Below are positions 51,108-63,721 of a DNA stretch of 64,000 bases, one piece after another. Positions within the stretch are counted from its first letter, which is position 1. Every line of letters begins with the position of its first letter. The notes below the pieces were generated by a model. The model worked only from the letters and a program-made list of their open reading frames with translations. It was not told the DNA's origin and did not search any database. Made by a program: the position numbers and the translations under genes. The DNA is from Sphyrna mokarran (lineage: Eukaryota): contig JAGIQG010000009.1 in NCBI GenBank assembly GCA_024679065.1, positions 93,248,001 to 93,312,000 on the forward strand, given 5' to 3'.

Positions 51108-52251
51108 TAGAACATAGAACACTACAGCACAGAACAGGCCCTTCGGCCTTCGATGTTGCGCCGACCAATATAAAAAGCAATGCCCCTCCAAACTAAACCA
51201 TTCCCTTCTCTTCTATATACTTATCAACTAACCTCTTAAACGCCACCAAACTTGGCGCATCTACAACTGCTGCAGGCAGGGCATTCCACTCCCGAACCAC
51301 CCTTTGGGTAAAGAACCTACCTCTGATATCCGTCCTATAACTATCACCCCTTAATTTAAAGCTGTGTCCCCTCGTGCTAGCTTTCTCCATCCTAGGAAAA
51401 AGGCTATCACTGTCCACCCTATCTAAACCTCTAATCATCTTATATGTTTCGATTAGGTCCCCTCTTAGCCGCCTCCTTTCTAACGAAAACAACCTCAAAT
51501 CCCTCAGCCTCTCTTCATAAGACCTGCCCTCCATACCAGGCAACATCCTGGTAAACCTCCTCTGTACCCTCTCCAATGCCTCCACATCTTTCTTATAATG
51601 TGGGGACCAGAACTGCACACAATACTCCAAGTGCGGCCGCACTAGAGTTTTGTACAGTTGCAACATGACGTTGCGGCTCCGAAATTCAATCCCCCTACCA
51701 ATAAAAGCTAAGACTCCATATGCCTTCTTAACAACCTTCTCGACTTGACTGCCTACTTTCAGGGATCTATGCACATACACACCAAGATCCCTCTGTTCAT
51801 CAAGACTACTAAGAATCCTACCATTAGCCCTATACTCTACACATTTATTATTTCTGCCATAGTGCATTACCTCACACTTTTCCACATTAAACTCCATTTG
51901 CCACCTCTCGGCCCAGCTCTGCAACTTGTCCAAGTCTCTCTGCAAACTATAACACCCCTCTTCACTATCTACCACTCCACCGACTTTAGTGTCATCTGCA
52001 AATTTACTAATCCATCCTTCAATACCCTCATCCAGATCATTTATAAAAATTACAAACAGCAGGGGCCCCAAAACAGACCCCTGAGGTACACCACTTGTCA
52101 CCGAACTCCACGATGAATATCTCCCATCAACCACCACCCTCTGTCTTCTATCTGCTAGCCAATTCCTAACCCAATTAGCTAAATCACCTTCTATCCCATA
52201 CATCTGCATTTTCTGCAGAAGTCTTCCATGGGCCACCTTATCAAACGCCAC
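51108..52251 (-). mobile_element. Young 5'-truncated CR1 LINE with uninterrupted 352-aa RT C-terminal ORF
   Basis: ORF 51193-52251 has AFDKV, GVPQGSVLGP, KFADDTK and RPHLEYCVQFWSP; same subfamily and tail as 27462-28079. Confidence 0.96.
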
Positions 52252-52879
52252 TCCATGTGCTGAATATTCAGAGAGGAGTCAAAAATGAGTTTAATTACAT
52301 GAATTTAAAAATCAAGAATCATTTTCCAAACACACCTTCCAAGTGAAATAGCGATTTATTTGTTGTTCTTTTAGTTTGCTATACTGTTCTCACATGTCAG
52401 CTGCTATTTCGAAGAGATCAAATGTTTTTCCGAATGCAAACATCACCCCAAATTTGGCAACGCCCTTACTTTAATTCTACATAAAACTCCCATGAAGATC
52501 TTTCTGTCCGTGGCATGCTAATCTAGAAATATTGAATGCACGTTGAGGAAACATAATTATCTTTCCATTCGGCACTTCTGCATCCAACACTGAGTTCAGC
52601 GCCTTTTGATTACAGCATTTCTTCCACCGTCTTGTGAATGTTTTCCAATTTATTGTCTCAAATTTCGGGAAATAATCGCAAGGTAGGCAGAAGGTTAAAT
52701 TGAAGGGAGGATACGGACTGATAGCAAATCAATAATGAATGTTGAAGAGAGTCTTTAAAAAAATGACGGATAAGCACAATGCAGAATGTGAACTCATTCA
52801 GTTTAGTCGTAGGCATACAAAACCAAAACCTTTTTATTCGGTAGAGGTAAACTTTTAAGTTCAATGTTCAAAGAGATGT

Positions 52880-53280
52880 GGAAACGTTGGTACAAGGAAG
52901 GCAGGAAGTTAGCAAGCCGGCGCAAGATGCAATTAAGATGACAAATGTTATACGAGTACTAAAATACATCGGATTTATGCACATGTGGCGCAAATTTCGG
53001 AAAGCGGAAGTTTTCGTCAGCATATGCAAGACAATATATATTAGCATTGCAGGTGGAACATCGGAGCTTCACTAAATTCGTCCCTCGAATGGGGAATTTG
53101 TCGTCTGAAGAATGATAAATCAAATCTGGAAAATATTCGCTGAAGTTTGGAAGAATCAGAGTCAATCTCATTGACAACTGCAGAGTTCTGAAGGATAGAT
53201 TGATGCGCTGTTTTCAAAATCTATAACACTGGGATCCAATATCACTGTGATGGCCTATCCTTTAGGACTGAGATGTAGAA
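52880..53280 (+). mobile_element. Old CR1 fragment
   Basis: Decayed RT C-terminal similarity (YSLKFGRIRVNLIDNCRVLKD). Confidence 0.5.
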
Positions 53281-53304
53281 TATTTTTTTTTTAACCTCAT
53301 TCTT

Positions 53305-53462
53305 TCGTGGACGCTAGCAAGGGCAACATCAGTTGCCCATCTCTGATTACTTTAGAATTAAGTGACACCTAAGAGTCAATCACATCACTGAGTGTAGACC
53401 AGACAGGTCGAGATGGCGGATCTCCCTCTCTGAAGGACATTAGCGATCCAGATAGATTTTGC
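53305..53462 (-). mobile_element. DeuSINE (SacSINE1-like) fragment
   Basis: TAAGAGTCAATCACAT..AGACCAGACAGGT..GATGGCGGAT..GAAGGACATTAG..CCAGAT resembles the reverse complement of the Deu domain as recalled. Confidence 0.5.
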
Positions 53463-53573
53463 ATAAATGAAAGCAAAATACTGCAGCCTTCCTATTACGT
53501 TACCTCTCCCTCTGAAAGGGGCTGGGATCGGGATGTCAAGCTTTGCAACATGCGGTCGTAGATGGCGTGAGGC

Positions 53574-53645
53574 GCCGTAATCGTATCGCGCTTCGTTCTC
53601 TGTGTTGTGACCGCAGTAGCGTCGTTTTGAATTCGATTCACAGAC
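53574..53645 (+). pseudogene. Decayed tRNA-His pseudogene
   Basis: GCCGTAATCGTAT..CTCTGTGTTGTGACCGCAG..GAATTCGATTCAC. Confidence 0.72.
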
Positions 53646-54100
53646 GGTTCATTTTCACTTCCGTGCCCAGTGAATCATATGAAAGTAAAATTAGGAATGA
53701 ATACTGCGTGACTTGTGTATTTCGTGTTGATCCAACGCTATTGGTTACATCAAAACACAGCATTTCTAATTGATTCTGCTTTCCGATCCCGTTTTCAAGC
53801 TCATCTTTATTCGGAGTTTTTTTTTCTCTCCTTCTCGGAAGTACTAAACTATGTTTAATCCTCCATTGATTTCATTATCACTTTGCTGCGGAATAGATTG
53901 AACGGTGTAAAAAAAATGCGACGTATAGTTTGTTCTGCTGGTGTAGGTATTTCAGGGAGTACACGTCCCAAACGTTGCAAACATGTCTGGAAACCAATAG
54001 GTATATTGAGATCGCGGGTATATATTTCACGCTTGAGTAATTTCAGAGCCCGGAAGTTTATCGCGCTGCATTTGTTGTGACCAACACATGTCTCCAACCC

Positions 54101-54177
54101 ACAGTTTGCACAGTGGTTAGCACTGCTTCCTCTCATGTTTAAGAACCCCGGTTCAATTTCCAACTTGGGTCACTGTT
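54101..54177 (+). mobile_element. HE1-type SINE 5' (tRNA-like) fragment
   Basis: GCACAGTGGTTAGCACTGC..CCGGTTCAATTTCC..TTGGGTCACTGT. Confidence 0.65.
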
Positions 54178-54797
54178 TCAGAAGTATTTCCTATAATTAT
54201 ACCGTTCAGGAAATAAGTTTCAGTTTAGGAAATGCTACAGCGAATTGATGCTGAAATTAGACGAGGATAAAAGAAGTATTATTAACTGTGGAAAGGAGAA
54301 AAAATCTCCGTGAAGAGCTGGCTTTGAAGGATGCGAATGTTGTGTCTTGAAGGAGTCAACAACAAAACTATTCTTCATACAATTTCTTTTTTTTAGGTAA
54401 CTTCTCTGAGATCAGAACCTGTGGGTAATGCTGCTGGGACTGGGATTGGGGCAGCTGTTTCCACAGCCAAAAGTACAAACGACTATATGATCAGCGTCCC
54501 ACACGCCAACTGATGTTTCTCCTGACACGTGGCACTGCCTTCGAAACTTTACTGTAGCGAAGTAGCGGTCCATCATTCCACATGGGGGCTTTCAAATCAA
54601 TTGGTATGTTTCCCTCCGTCAGAGAAACACTGAAACGGACGGATCTAGAGTCAGGATTATTAACCAGAGTCACTTTAGAGGGCTGTACATTGAAGAAATT
54701 AATATTTTGATCGGGATAAAATGAGGTTTTATGCCATATTTACTCCTGGTTGGTGTTTTAGTGGGTTTCACTAGTAGCAAAATCCTCCGAAGAGCGC

Positions 54798-54861
54798 TGC
54801 CGTGATTCTTATTCGAAATGATGTTATTGTGGCAGGGCACGAACCGCTATGCGATCACTAT
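54798..54861 (-). pseudogene. Decayed tRNA-His pseudogene, inverted
   Basis: TGCCGTGATTC..ATTCGAA...AACCGCTATGCGATCAC matches the reverse complement of His; anticodon region deleted. Confidence 0.7.
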
Positions 54862-56049
54862 GCTAAATTCCAACTGCTGTTTTTATTCCTTCGTGCAGCT
54901 AGCTTCAAATTCTTACTGTGTCTAAGCAGCGGCCCACCAATCTATATCTGCGTTTCCAACACAAAGGGCATTGCCCAACTATGAAATAAACACTTTAAAA
55001 CAAGGCTACTGTCTGAAAGTAGCTTCTTCGGGGCACTTTCGCGGAATTCAACTCTACGTGGTGTAGAGTTGTTTTTTTTTTCTTTCTATATCTTGGTTAG
55101 AAATAACTATTTTTTGAGAAGTTGCAGCTCTGCGTACGTTACACTCAGTTCACGTGCAGATATTTTATAAATGCTCAATCGAAATACACAAGTCGTGTGC
55201 CGTGCGCCTCCATTCAATTCGTCTGAAATTTACGTGTATAAGCGCAAAATACTGCAGATGCAGGAGATCAGACAGAATAAAACAAACAAGGAAAAAATCA
55301 GCATGTCTAGGCACCAAACAATGGAAAGAAACAGAATCTACGTTTGAGTTCGATGTCCTCTGATGTCTAATGATGCAACGTCCAAAAACCAATCGATTTG
55401 GAAAGAAACAAACGTTTCTTTGTGTTCAAATTAAGCGGAAGTTGTTATGTTAAAAAACACCTGGAGACACATCAAGAGATAAATCTAGGATCCAGATGGA
55501 AGTAAATCCATCAAAACAAAACAAAATGAGAACTAAAATAGAATATAATGGAGACAGAAGCCAATCTAAATAATAAATATTTAACTTCAAATGTTATAAT
55601 CCAAAAAAAGTGTTATTAGATTTCATGCTGCTCAAATTAGTATGTTTTATTGTCTTTTACAGAGCACTAAAAAAAAATTAACGGCCTGTAGCCAAGTTCC
55701 CCTCTGGAAACTTGACAAATATTTGCTGTAGTCATAACACATTTTATAAAATATAAAACCTTTTAATTTCTTTCAGTGGTGTACATGATAATCCAAGGAG
55801 CCTTAAAATAATTGAAAAAATAACCTGTAATCACAACTTAGATATACATTTTGTTTTTACGATTCTCTATTGTGCACAGGTCACGGGCTTTGACACAAAT
55901 TCCAGCACCTTTGCATTGGCCAGGACAGTTGCCTTTTCCCCACTGCACCTTTGCAGCTCTGGCCCAAAGCTTATTGCGTCCTTTTGCATTTTATTTGATC
56001 ATTTATAAAATCACCTGTTGTCAGTTATTTACTTTTTCAGGCAAGGTTG

Positions 56050-56355
56050 GGATGGCATGGTGGCACAGTGGTTAGCACTGATACCTCACAGTACCAAGGA
56101 TCCGGGTTTGATTTTCAGGCCTGTGGTGATGAACTGTGCCTGCATGGTTTTCTCCAGGTGCATTGGTTTCTACCCACATTCCAAAGATGCGCACGCTCTA
56201 TGAATTTGCTAAGCTAAATTGCCTCTTCCCCTACACCACGGCAAATATTGGGGCATTACAGGTACTGGACAGAGGGCAGGGACTGTCTAAGGTACAGGCA
56301 GTTGGTGCAGATTCAATGAGCCAGATGGCCCAATTCTGTGCCGTGTGATTCTACG
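56050..56355 (+). mobile_element. HE1-type V-SINE, old
   Basis: GGCATGGTGGCACAGTGGTTAGCACTG head, V-domain, and a GGTGCAGATTCAATGAGCCAGATGGCC tail. Confidence 0.78.
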
Positions 56356-56439
56356 GCTACATCTTTTACAGATCATGCAATGGACCTCACTTGGTTAAAT
56401 AAGAAATACATACCGAAGTCAAGTATTTTCACGCTTATT

Positions 56440-56880
56440 GATGGACTGTGGATATCATTGGCTGGGTTAGTATCATTGCCCATGTTAACTGCCCTTGAGA
56501 AGGTGGTGGAAAGCTGTTTATTTCAGTTGGTGACTTTATTGTGGTGTGGATTCACTCAGAACTGGAAGATCACGGATTTTGACCCAGTGACAGCAGAGGA
56601 ACAGTAATACATTTCAAAGTCAGGATGGTATGTGGCTTTGGAGGGAAACTTGCAGGGGATGGTCGCCCCATGAGTCTGTTGCCTTTCTCTACCTAGATTA
56701 TAGTGACCTTAGGTTCAGATAATGTTGTTGAAAGAACTTTGGTGAGTCTGAAATCGCAGACTGTAGATGGTACTTATTAAGTGTTTGAATGTTTGTGGAA
56801 GAGATGCCAAAAGAGTTTGTTTTCCACCCAGGATGGTGTGAAGCTTGAGTGTTGCTGTAATGCACTCACTCAGACAATCC
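56440..56880 (-). mobile_element. LINE 3' fragment, apparently the same family as 61070-62610
   Basis: TGCCCTTGAGAAGGTGGTGG..TTTTGACCCAG..AAGTCAGGATGG..GGAGGGAAACTTGCAGG. Confidence 0.55.
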
Positions 56881-57020
56881 ATCACAATTACATGGCAATG
56901 AGTCACTGATGAAACAGAATCCAGTCCTTCTGACATCCCTAGGCCAGAGTTACCTCTGTTTATAACCAAGTTTGGTGTCAGTTCTGCAGCTGTTAAATCC
57001 CAAGAACGTAAAGTTGTGTT

Positions 57021-57067
57021 TCAAGCTGGGGCTGAAATGTTCGAGGACAATTCTCCTCTTTCTGCAG
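57021..57067 (-). CDS. Putative cytoplasmic-tail coding exon (A)AERGELSSNISAPA*
   Basis: Minus-strand acceptor CTTCCTTCTTTATAG, phase-1 compatible with the TM exon; TGA at 57021-57023; possible donor GAG|GTAACT at 56954. Confidence 0.55.
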
Positions 57068-57704
57068 CTATAAAGAAGGAAGATTTTTTTTGTTACACAG
57101 ACATTGTATAACCAGTTAAACATTCTGACAGAAACAGAGGGACAGAGACAGAGACATACAGGAAGATCTGCACACAGACTCATTACCCACTCCAGAAGCA
57201 TTGAACATTTATGATTTACTGCACTGTAACTAGATCTTTGATCTCTTGTGATTAAAGGCAGAAAGGGAACATCAGTTGCAAAGTTTCCCTTCCTCAATAT
57301 CATCACCACAAACGCAGAGGGAATGACCAGATTTACCAGAGATAGCTCTTTTGCTCAATTGAGATGAAGGCATCAGGCAATATTCTCCCTTCCCTCCAGT
57401 CTCTCACCACATATCTGAATCCTCAGTCCCCTCACGGACCCATGTCCTATATCCTACACTTCATCAGCCCCCTGTCCCATTACTTCTCTTTTGGCCCCAC
57501 CCCATATTGTCTCTAGCTCCCTCAAATCCACTTCCATTCCCCATATCCTAGCATAGACCCCGGTTACTCTAACTTCTGTACTTTAGATGGTTGTATGGCA
57601 AATTCCCACATGGCATGGGGGTGCCACAAATGTTCTAAAATTTGTGCTGTGACATTTGAATCCATTCATTTCCAAAAGTGACAGAATCTTTCATCCTTTC
57701 TCAC

Positions 57705-57830
57705 CTCTGTGCTTCCACATAGCCATCACAATGGCAAGAGAAAGCAGAGGAATGATCATCATCATGACTCCAATAGTCAAATTGTGATTTCGTTCGTTGG
57801 AAGGTCCTGGAGTCAATCGGAATGTTCCAT
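57705..57830 (-). CDS. Transmembrane exon of a type I membrane protein (Ig-superfamily/MHC class I-like candidate)
   Basis: Acceptor CATATTTCCCCCATAG and donor GAG|GTGAGA bound a 126-nt phase 1-1 exon encoding (D)GTFRLTPGPSNERNHNLTIGVMMMIIPLLSLAIVMAMWKHR: stalk, 22-aa hydrophobic helix, basic stop-transfer residues. Confidence 0.72.
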
Positions 57831-58669
57831 CTATGGGGGAAATATGAGGAGATCAATGAATGACCACAGATACTGTTCATTCAGAATCAACTGTATCAAA
57901 GGCATGCCTAAGGCTGATTTAGGGTCATCAATGTGATGGAGAATCTGATTACAACAAGTCAGAGGTGGAAAAGTGCTGCATGATTTGGATTACATTTGTG
58001 AACGATTGAGATATTTATCTACAGCAACTGAACAAAACATATGCAGGTAATGCTGGGCTATAGATACTGGATTTATGCATCCTTGCAAAGTTATATCTGG
58101 TTCCCCACATGAGTAATTAACTCCACATCAGTTTTAGCATAGGCTCATGTGAGGAAAGTGATGGGAGTTTGGATGTTTCTTGGGATAGGAAAGAGCAGTT
58201 GATGATACGCATCCAAGATACTATTCCAGCACTGAAAGGGACAACATGTTGGCAGATACAAAGACATAATCTTATCGGATAGAGATAGTTAACAACATTT
58301 CACTGTCTATAGTGTTTTATATCAGAAATAGTGTTTGTGACATAAAACATCCTGAAACATTAGAAAGCAAAATGTGATGCCAAATCACATGAGGAGGTAT
58401 TAGGGAAGTTGAGCAAAAGCTTGGTCAAATCACTTAGGATTTAAAGAGCACTTTCACTGAAGAAAGTGAGTTCCAGAGGGTGGAAATCTTAAGTGATGAA
58501 ATTCAGACTTGAGGCCAAGACATATAAAAGGAAAGCACATCTGGGATGTTCAATGGATTAAAAATATTATTGGTCACTAAATAGTGGGAAACAGATTAAG
58601 GAAAATATATATAGGCAGATTGCAGAACAATACGAGGGCTGTAGGGAAGATTAGGGACTTCAGTTACAT

Positions 58670-60790
58670 AGGCACTTAGGAATTAGAACCGAAGTAAGGA
58701 AATTCAGTCTTTGTGCCTACTCCACCATTGATTCGGATCATGACTGATCTCTCCTTGGTCTCAACTCCATTTCCCTGCCTGTTCCCAAATCCATTTAGCC
58801 TCTTTTATTCAAAATATCTATCCCCTTTTTGGAGTATTTAATAATTCAGATTCCATCACATTAATGGGTCAAGAAGTTTCACAAGTTCACCACTCTTTCT
58901 GAGAAGTCATTCCTCCTCACCTCAGTTTTAATCTCCTTATTTGAGGAAGGATGGTGGCATTGGGGGCAGTTCAGAGGGGTTCACCACATTGATTTGCAGA
59001 ATGAAAGGGCTAATGTATGACGAGAGAGAGAGAGGGGGAGATTAAACAGTTTGGGCTTATACCTGGTGGAGTTTAGAAGGGTGTCGGGGATCCAGTTGAG
59101 TTATATAAAAATTCCAAATGGATTGAGAAAGTAAATATAGACCAAATGTTTCCTCTTATTGCCACCATCCCTCCTCAAATAAGAAGATTAAAATTGGAAA
59201 TAATACTCCAGTTGTTGTGTCACCAATGTGAATATAATTGCAATACCACTTCCCTACTTATATACTGCAGTCCATTTGTAATAAGTGCCAACATCCCATT
59301 TGCCTTTTCAATTATATGCTGCACCTGCATACTAACTCCGTCATTCATAATAGTGACACAGATCGCTCTGCCTGGATGCATTTTAAATCAGCTTTCCATT
59401 TAGGTAATAATTTGCTTTTCTATTTCTTTCTACCAAATTGAACAACCTCACACTTATCTACATTAAACTCTTTCAGTCAAATGTTGGCCCATTCTCCAAG
59501 CCTATCTTGATACACGTATAAAATCTTTATATCCTCTTTACAGTCTATTTTCCAATCTATTTTAGTATCATCCACAAATTCTACTATGCTATACTCTGCG
59601 TACTGGCAGATCATTTATATAGACTGCAAACAGTTGCAATCCGAGGACTGGCACCTGTGGCACCCCACAAGTTACATTTTGCCAGCTAGAGAAGGACCCA
59701 TTGATCTTGACACTCTGGTTTATGGCAGTCAGCCAATCCTCAATCCAAACTAGTACTCTACCACCTCATTCTCAGTGATCTTTCCTTCTGGATCAGTCTT
59801 TGATGTAGCATCTGTTCAAACACTTTCTGGACATCAAACATACCACATCCATAACGTCCCATTATTTCCCTTGCTGATTATATCCTGAAAGAACTCAAGC
59901 ATGGCTTACCCTTCCTAAAATCATGCTAACAATGGTGTATTGAGCTCTGCCTTTCCAAACACTAACTCATTTCCTCCTTAACGATCGATTCCAACAACTT
60001 CCCCACTACAGGGGTCAAGCTAACAGGTCTATAGTTTCCTAATTTTTGCCACTCTCCTTTTCTGGAATAGGAGCATCACATTAGCATATTTCCAATGCAC
60101 CAGGACCTTACCAGAATGCATGGACTTCTGAAATTTCAGAGCCATTGCTTCATGATTTCTTCTGCTACCTCTTTTAATACCTGAGGGTGTAGACCATCAG
60201 ATTCTGGAGACTTATCTGTCTTTAATCCCTTTTATTCAATGCCTTCTCCTTAGTAATGGCTTTTACACCAAGTTCCTCTGTATTAACAACAGGCTTTTTG
60301 AAAAATGTTCATTTTACTCACCATGAAGACAGAGGCAAAATATTGGTTTGGTGCCTCCACCATCTGTGTTCTCCATTAATATCTCACCAGTATTCTGATC
60401 CAAAGGGCTAATATTTACTTTATCAATTCTGTTCCTCTTTATATACCTTGAGAAGCTTTAGTATCTGTGCTTTCTGCTGGTTTTCGTTATAGTTCATCTA
60501 AGCTCTTTTGGATACACTTTAATAGCCTTTTTTGTGAACTTTAAAATTCTTGCAATTCTCCTGCTTACCACTAGCTTTTGCAGTTTGCTGTGCCCTTTTT
60601 TTGCCTTTATGTCCTCTGACTCCCTTGTCTGATCATGGAATTTTTTTCTTCCTTTTAAATTTCATCTTCCTTTCGAGAACATACTTTCATTGAGAGTTAT
60701 TCACTATCATCCTGAACATCACCATTGTTCCTCAACTGTCCTGCTCTCAACTATTTGTGTCCTGTGTATGTGGGCCAGCAACTTTCTCAG
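58670..60790. mobile_element. Old fragmented CR1 LINE, mostly minus strand, with a short plus-strand piece at ~58945-59155
   Basis: Decayed CR1 RT and 3'UTR similarity, e.g. AAGCTAACAGGTCTATAGTTTCC reads GNYRPVSL on the minus strand. Confidence 0.7.
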
Positions 60791-61069
60791 GCCCGTGGTT
60801 AGTTCAGTTATCTGAATTGACATTTGGGAGGGAAAAGAGTAATATAATGAAGGAGGAGGTGGGTGTAGAACTCCAGTCATCCTATTCAGAAGTCACCCTT
60901 GTGATTATGTTTCCAGATGCACTGCTGAATCTGGTTCCTCTTTAATTATTTGTTTGTGGTTGAGATCGTCCATTTAATTTGAGAAGGTGCTGTTGGCACC
61001 AACTCCCCACCCCCGTTCTTTAAAGCTGATGAACAATGTGGAACAGGTAGTTCCATGAACAACTCTCCT

Positions 61070-62610
61070 CCCAGTGGAGGAGGTGCCAGCATGCTTATGC
61101 AAAAGACAAGACACAAATGTTTGAAACTCTTTTCAGCTATTAGTGCCAAGAGGGTGACATCTCAAATTACTGCTGTGGTTCGTACTGCCACAGAAACCAG
61201 TCTTCAGCCAATTTGATTAACTCACATGATATCAAGAATCGACAAAGAGCATTATCAACAGAAGAACTTTGAGACTGAATACTTGTACACTAGAGCTAAT
61301 TGTCCCCAAGGCACACTGACCCAATACAGCTAACACAATAGGACCTAAGTGCCCAGGTAGGCCAAACATTGCAAGATAACGCCAATTGCGTCAACAAAAA
61401 AAAATGGAAAGAATCAAGTAGCACTTAATCAGCAATAATCTGCTCACTAATGCTCAGTTTTGGGTGCACCCGAAAGGTCACTCTAGCCATGGTCCAAATA
61501 CAAGCGGAGAATTGAAATCGAGAGGCAAGATGACAGTGACTATCAGTGACATTGAAGCCACAATTGTATGGCATCAAGGAACCATAATAAAATTAAAGTA
61601 ACATGATTTTGTGGGTGGAGGGAGCTCGTTGAAAGGAACACACAAATCATTGGAGTTACATTCAGCACAAAAGGAAGATGGTTATGTTTGCTGGAGGTGA
61701 ATCAGCTTAGCCTCAATATATTACTGCAAAGTAGTGATCTATTCTCAAACATCTTCAGCTGCTCTATCCATTGCCTTTCCTCCACCATAAGGTAAGAAAT
61801 GGGGACTTCCACCAACAATTGCACAATGTTTTGTATTCATCATGATTCCTCAGTTGTTGAAGCAGTCTGTGTCCACATGCAACAAGATCTGGACAACAAT
61901 CAGACACTTGTAAATGACAAGTCATACAAGTGCCAGGCAGTAAAAATCTCCAATGAGATAGAATCCATCCGCCTCCCCATGACATTCAGTGGGATTACCA
62001 CAGCTGAATTCCCAACGATCAACCATTGACCAGAAATTTGATTAGAATAGCTATAAAAATAATTTAGCTATAAGGACACGACAGAGGTGAATAATTCTCT
62101 AGTGAGTAATTCACTAACCAGCTTCCTCAAATACATGGACCATTTAGAAAGCACAATTCATGAGTGTTAACTTTTTCAGTAGAGGAATATCTGCCAAAAC
62201 TCACCACACAGGCATCAGGGAACACAGTTTTATTGCAGCCTCACTCACTTCACATGCCAAACGACAAGTGCGCTCTCAGGGTGGACCATAGGCAGATCAC
62301 CCCACACTCCAGGTCACCTGACCATTTCCCTTAAAGTGGCTACACTCCAATATAGATGACAGGAAACATGAAATATTCTCCCTTTATATCAGCGCAGCTC
62401 CAACAAAGAAGAAACTCAACAGTATCAAGGACAAAGCAGCTTGTGATCGGCATCCCATCACCTTTAACTTCCACTCTCTTCATTACCGACCCATGGTGGC
62501 AATAATGTATACCACTGACAAGATTAATTTCATTAAGTCACAAAGTCTCCTTAAAAAGCTGCTTCCAAATCTACAAGCACTACCACCTTGAAGAAGAAGC
62601 ACAACTTCCT
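61070..62610 (+). mobile_element. Old non-LTR retrotransposon RT region (CR1/L2/Jockey group)
   Basis: MQQDLDNNQT.., TFSGITTAEFPTIN and GGACAAAGCAGC..GGCATCCCATC motifs, as recalled for a common elasmobranch LINE. Confidence 0.65.
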
Positions 62611-63340
62611 GTAATTTTATGCTGCACTACTTCCAAGGCCAATTTATCTTTTCTAAAAGTATGGTGCACAGAATTGTACACAGTGCTCTGGATGTGGTTG
62701 AATATAGACTGTTCACAATATAAAAGACATTCTGATCTACCAAGTTCCAAACTGGTTAGTTTCTCACATTCCTACACTAAATTCTGTCAGCCATACTCAC
62801 TTTCTCTCAATGTCTTATATTAATATCATGTGCCTGTCCACACCACTTACGATATCACTAATGTTTGTGTGCTACAGATAGGTAAACTCTCTATTTCTCT
62901 AATGGGCAGCACAATGGCAAATTTCATAACATCTTTCTCCTATCAACTAATTTTTCAAAAGAGTACACCAGATACAAACTTTGCTTTGCAAATCCATGCT
63001 GTGATTCTTCAATCATCTCAAATTTAACTAACAGGGCTGTATTTTCCTGATTTCTTTATTTAAATAGTGGAATTACATAAGTAATTTTCCAAAGTATGAG
63101 ACAATTCCATAAAATTTGGGAGATAATGGCTACAATACCTACTTTCTTTAAAATTCTAGGGATGTGAGAGCTTTTAATGTTGTTACTTTCTCTAATGCTG
63201 TTTTCTTGTTTACATTAATTCCAGTCCACAGAATTCACTGGGGATCAAGGACTGAGAGAAAAATTACCCTCTTCGTAGAATGTGAATATTGATAAAGGCT
63301 GAATGAGACATTCAGAAGAATGTATCATTCATTAATAAAT

Positions 63341-63590
63341 GGAGTGACATAATGGCTCAAATTGCTGCCTCACAGCGCCAGGGACAAGGGTATCAATTCT
63401 CTCTTGGGTTACTGTCTGTGCGGATTTTGATGTTCTTCTTGTGTCTAGATAGATTTCTTCCAGATACTCCCGTTTCCTCTCTCAGTCTGAAAGACATGTT
63501 GGTTAGGTGCAACAACCTGAAGAGGCGCGAGTAGGGCAAGTTCACAGTAGCTTTGTTGCAATGTTAATATAAGCCTTACTACTGATTAAT
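63341..63590 (+). mobile_element. V-SINE variant with a different 3' tail
   Basis: CTGCCTCACAGCGCCAGGGAC head, V-domain, and a TTCACAGTAGCTTTGTTGCAATGTTAATATAAGCC tail. Confidence 0.65.
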
Positions 63591-63721
63591 GCATCAACTT
63601 TAATTTAAGTTTACTCACGTTTTATGAAAGAAACCATATTACCCATTTCTTTTACAATATTTTTGTTAAAACTGTGCAAATCTTCATGAAAGTTTCATTT
63701 TGAATTTCATGCAGTAGCTTT

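Noticed and set aside
51745-52116. 123-aa plus-strand ORF, and similar antisense ORFs at 37597-38016 and 18900-19214
   Set aside because: Antisense shadows of CR1 RT coding sequence.
54397-54603. Plus-strand exon-like segment (T-rich acceptor ...TTTTAG, donor TG|GTATGT)
   Set aside because: Stops occur in all three frames and no partner exons were found; a non-coding or terminal exon cannot be excluded, but support is insufficient.
56950-57309. 119-aa minus-strand ORF as a gene
   Set aside because: It runs through a low-complexity intron-like tract; the splice-compatible frame from the TM exon is a different one.
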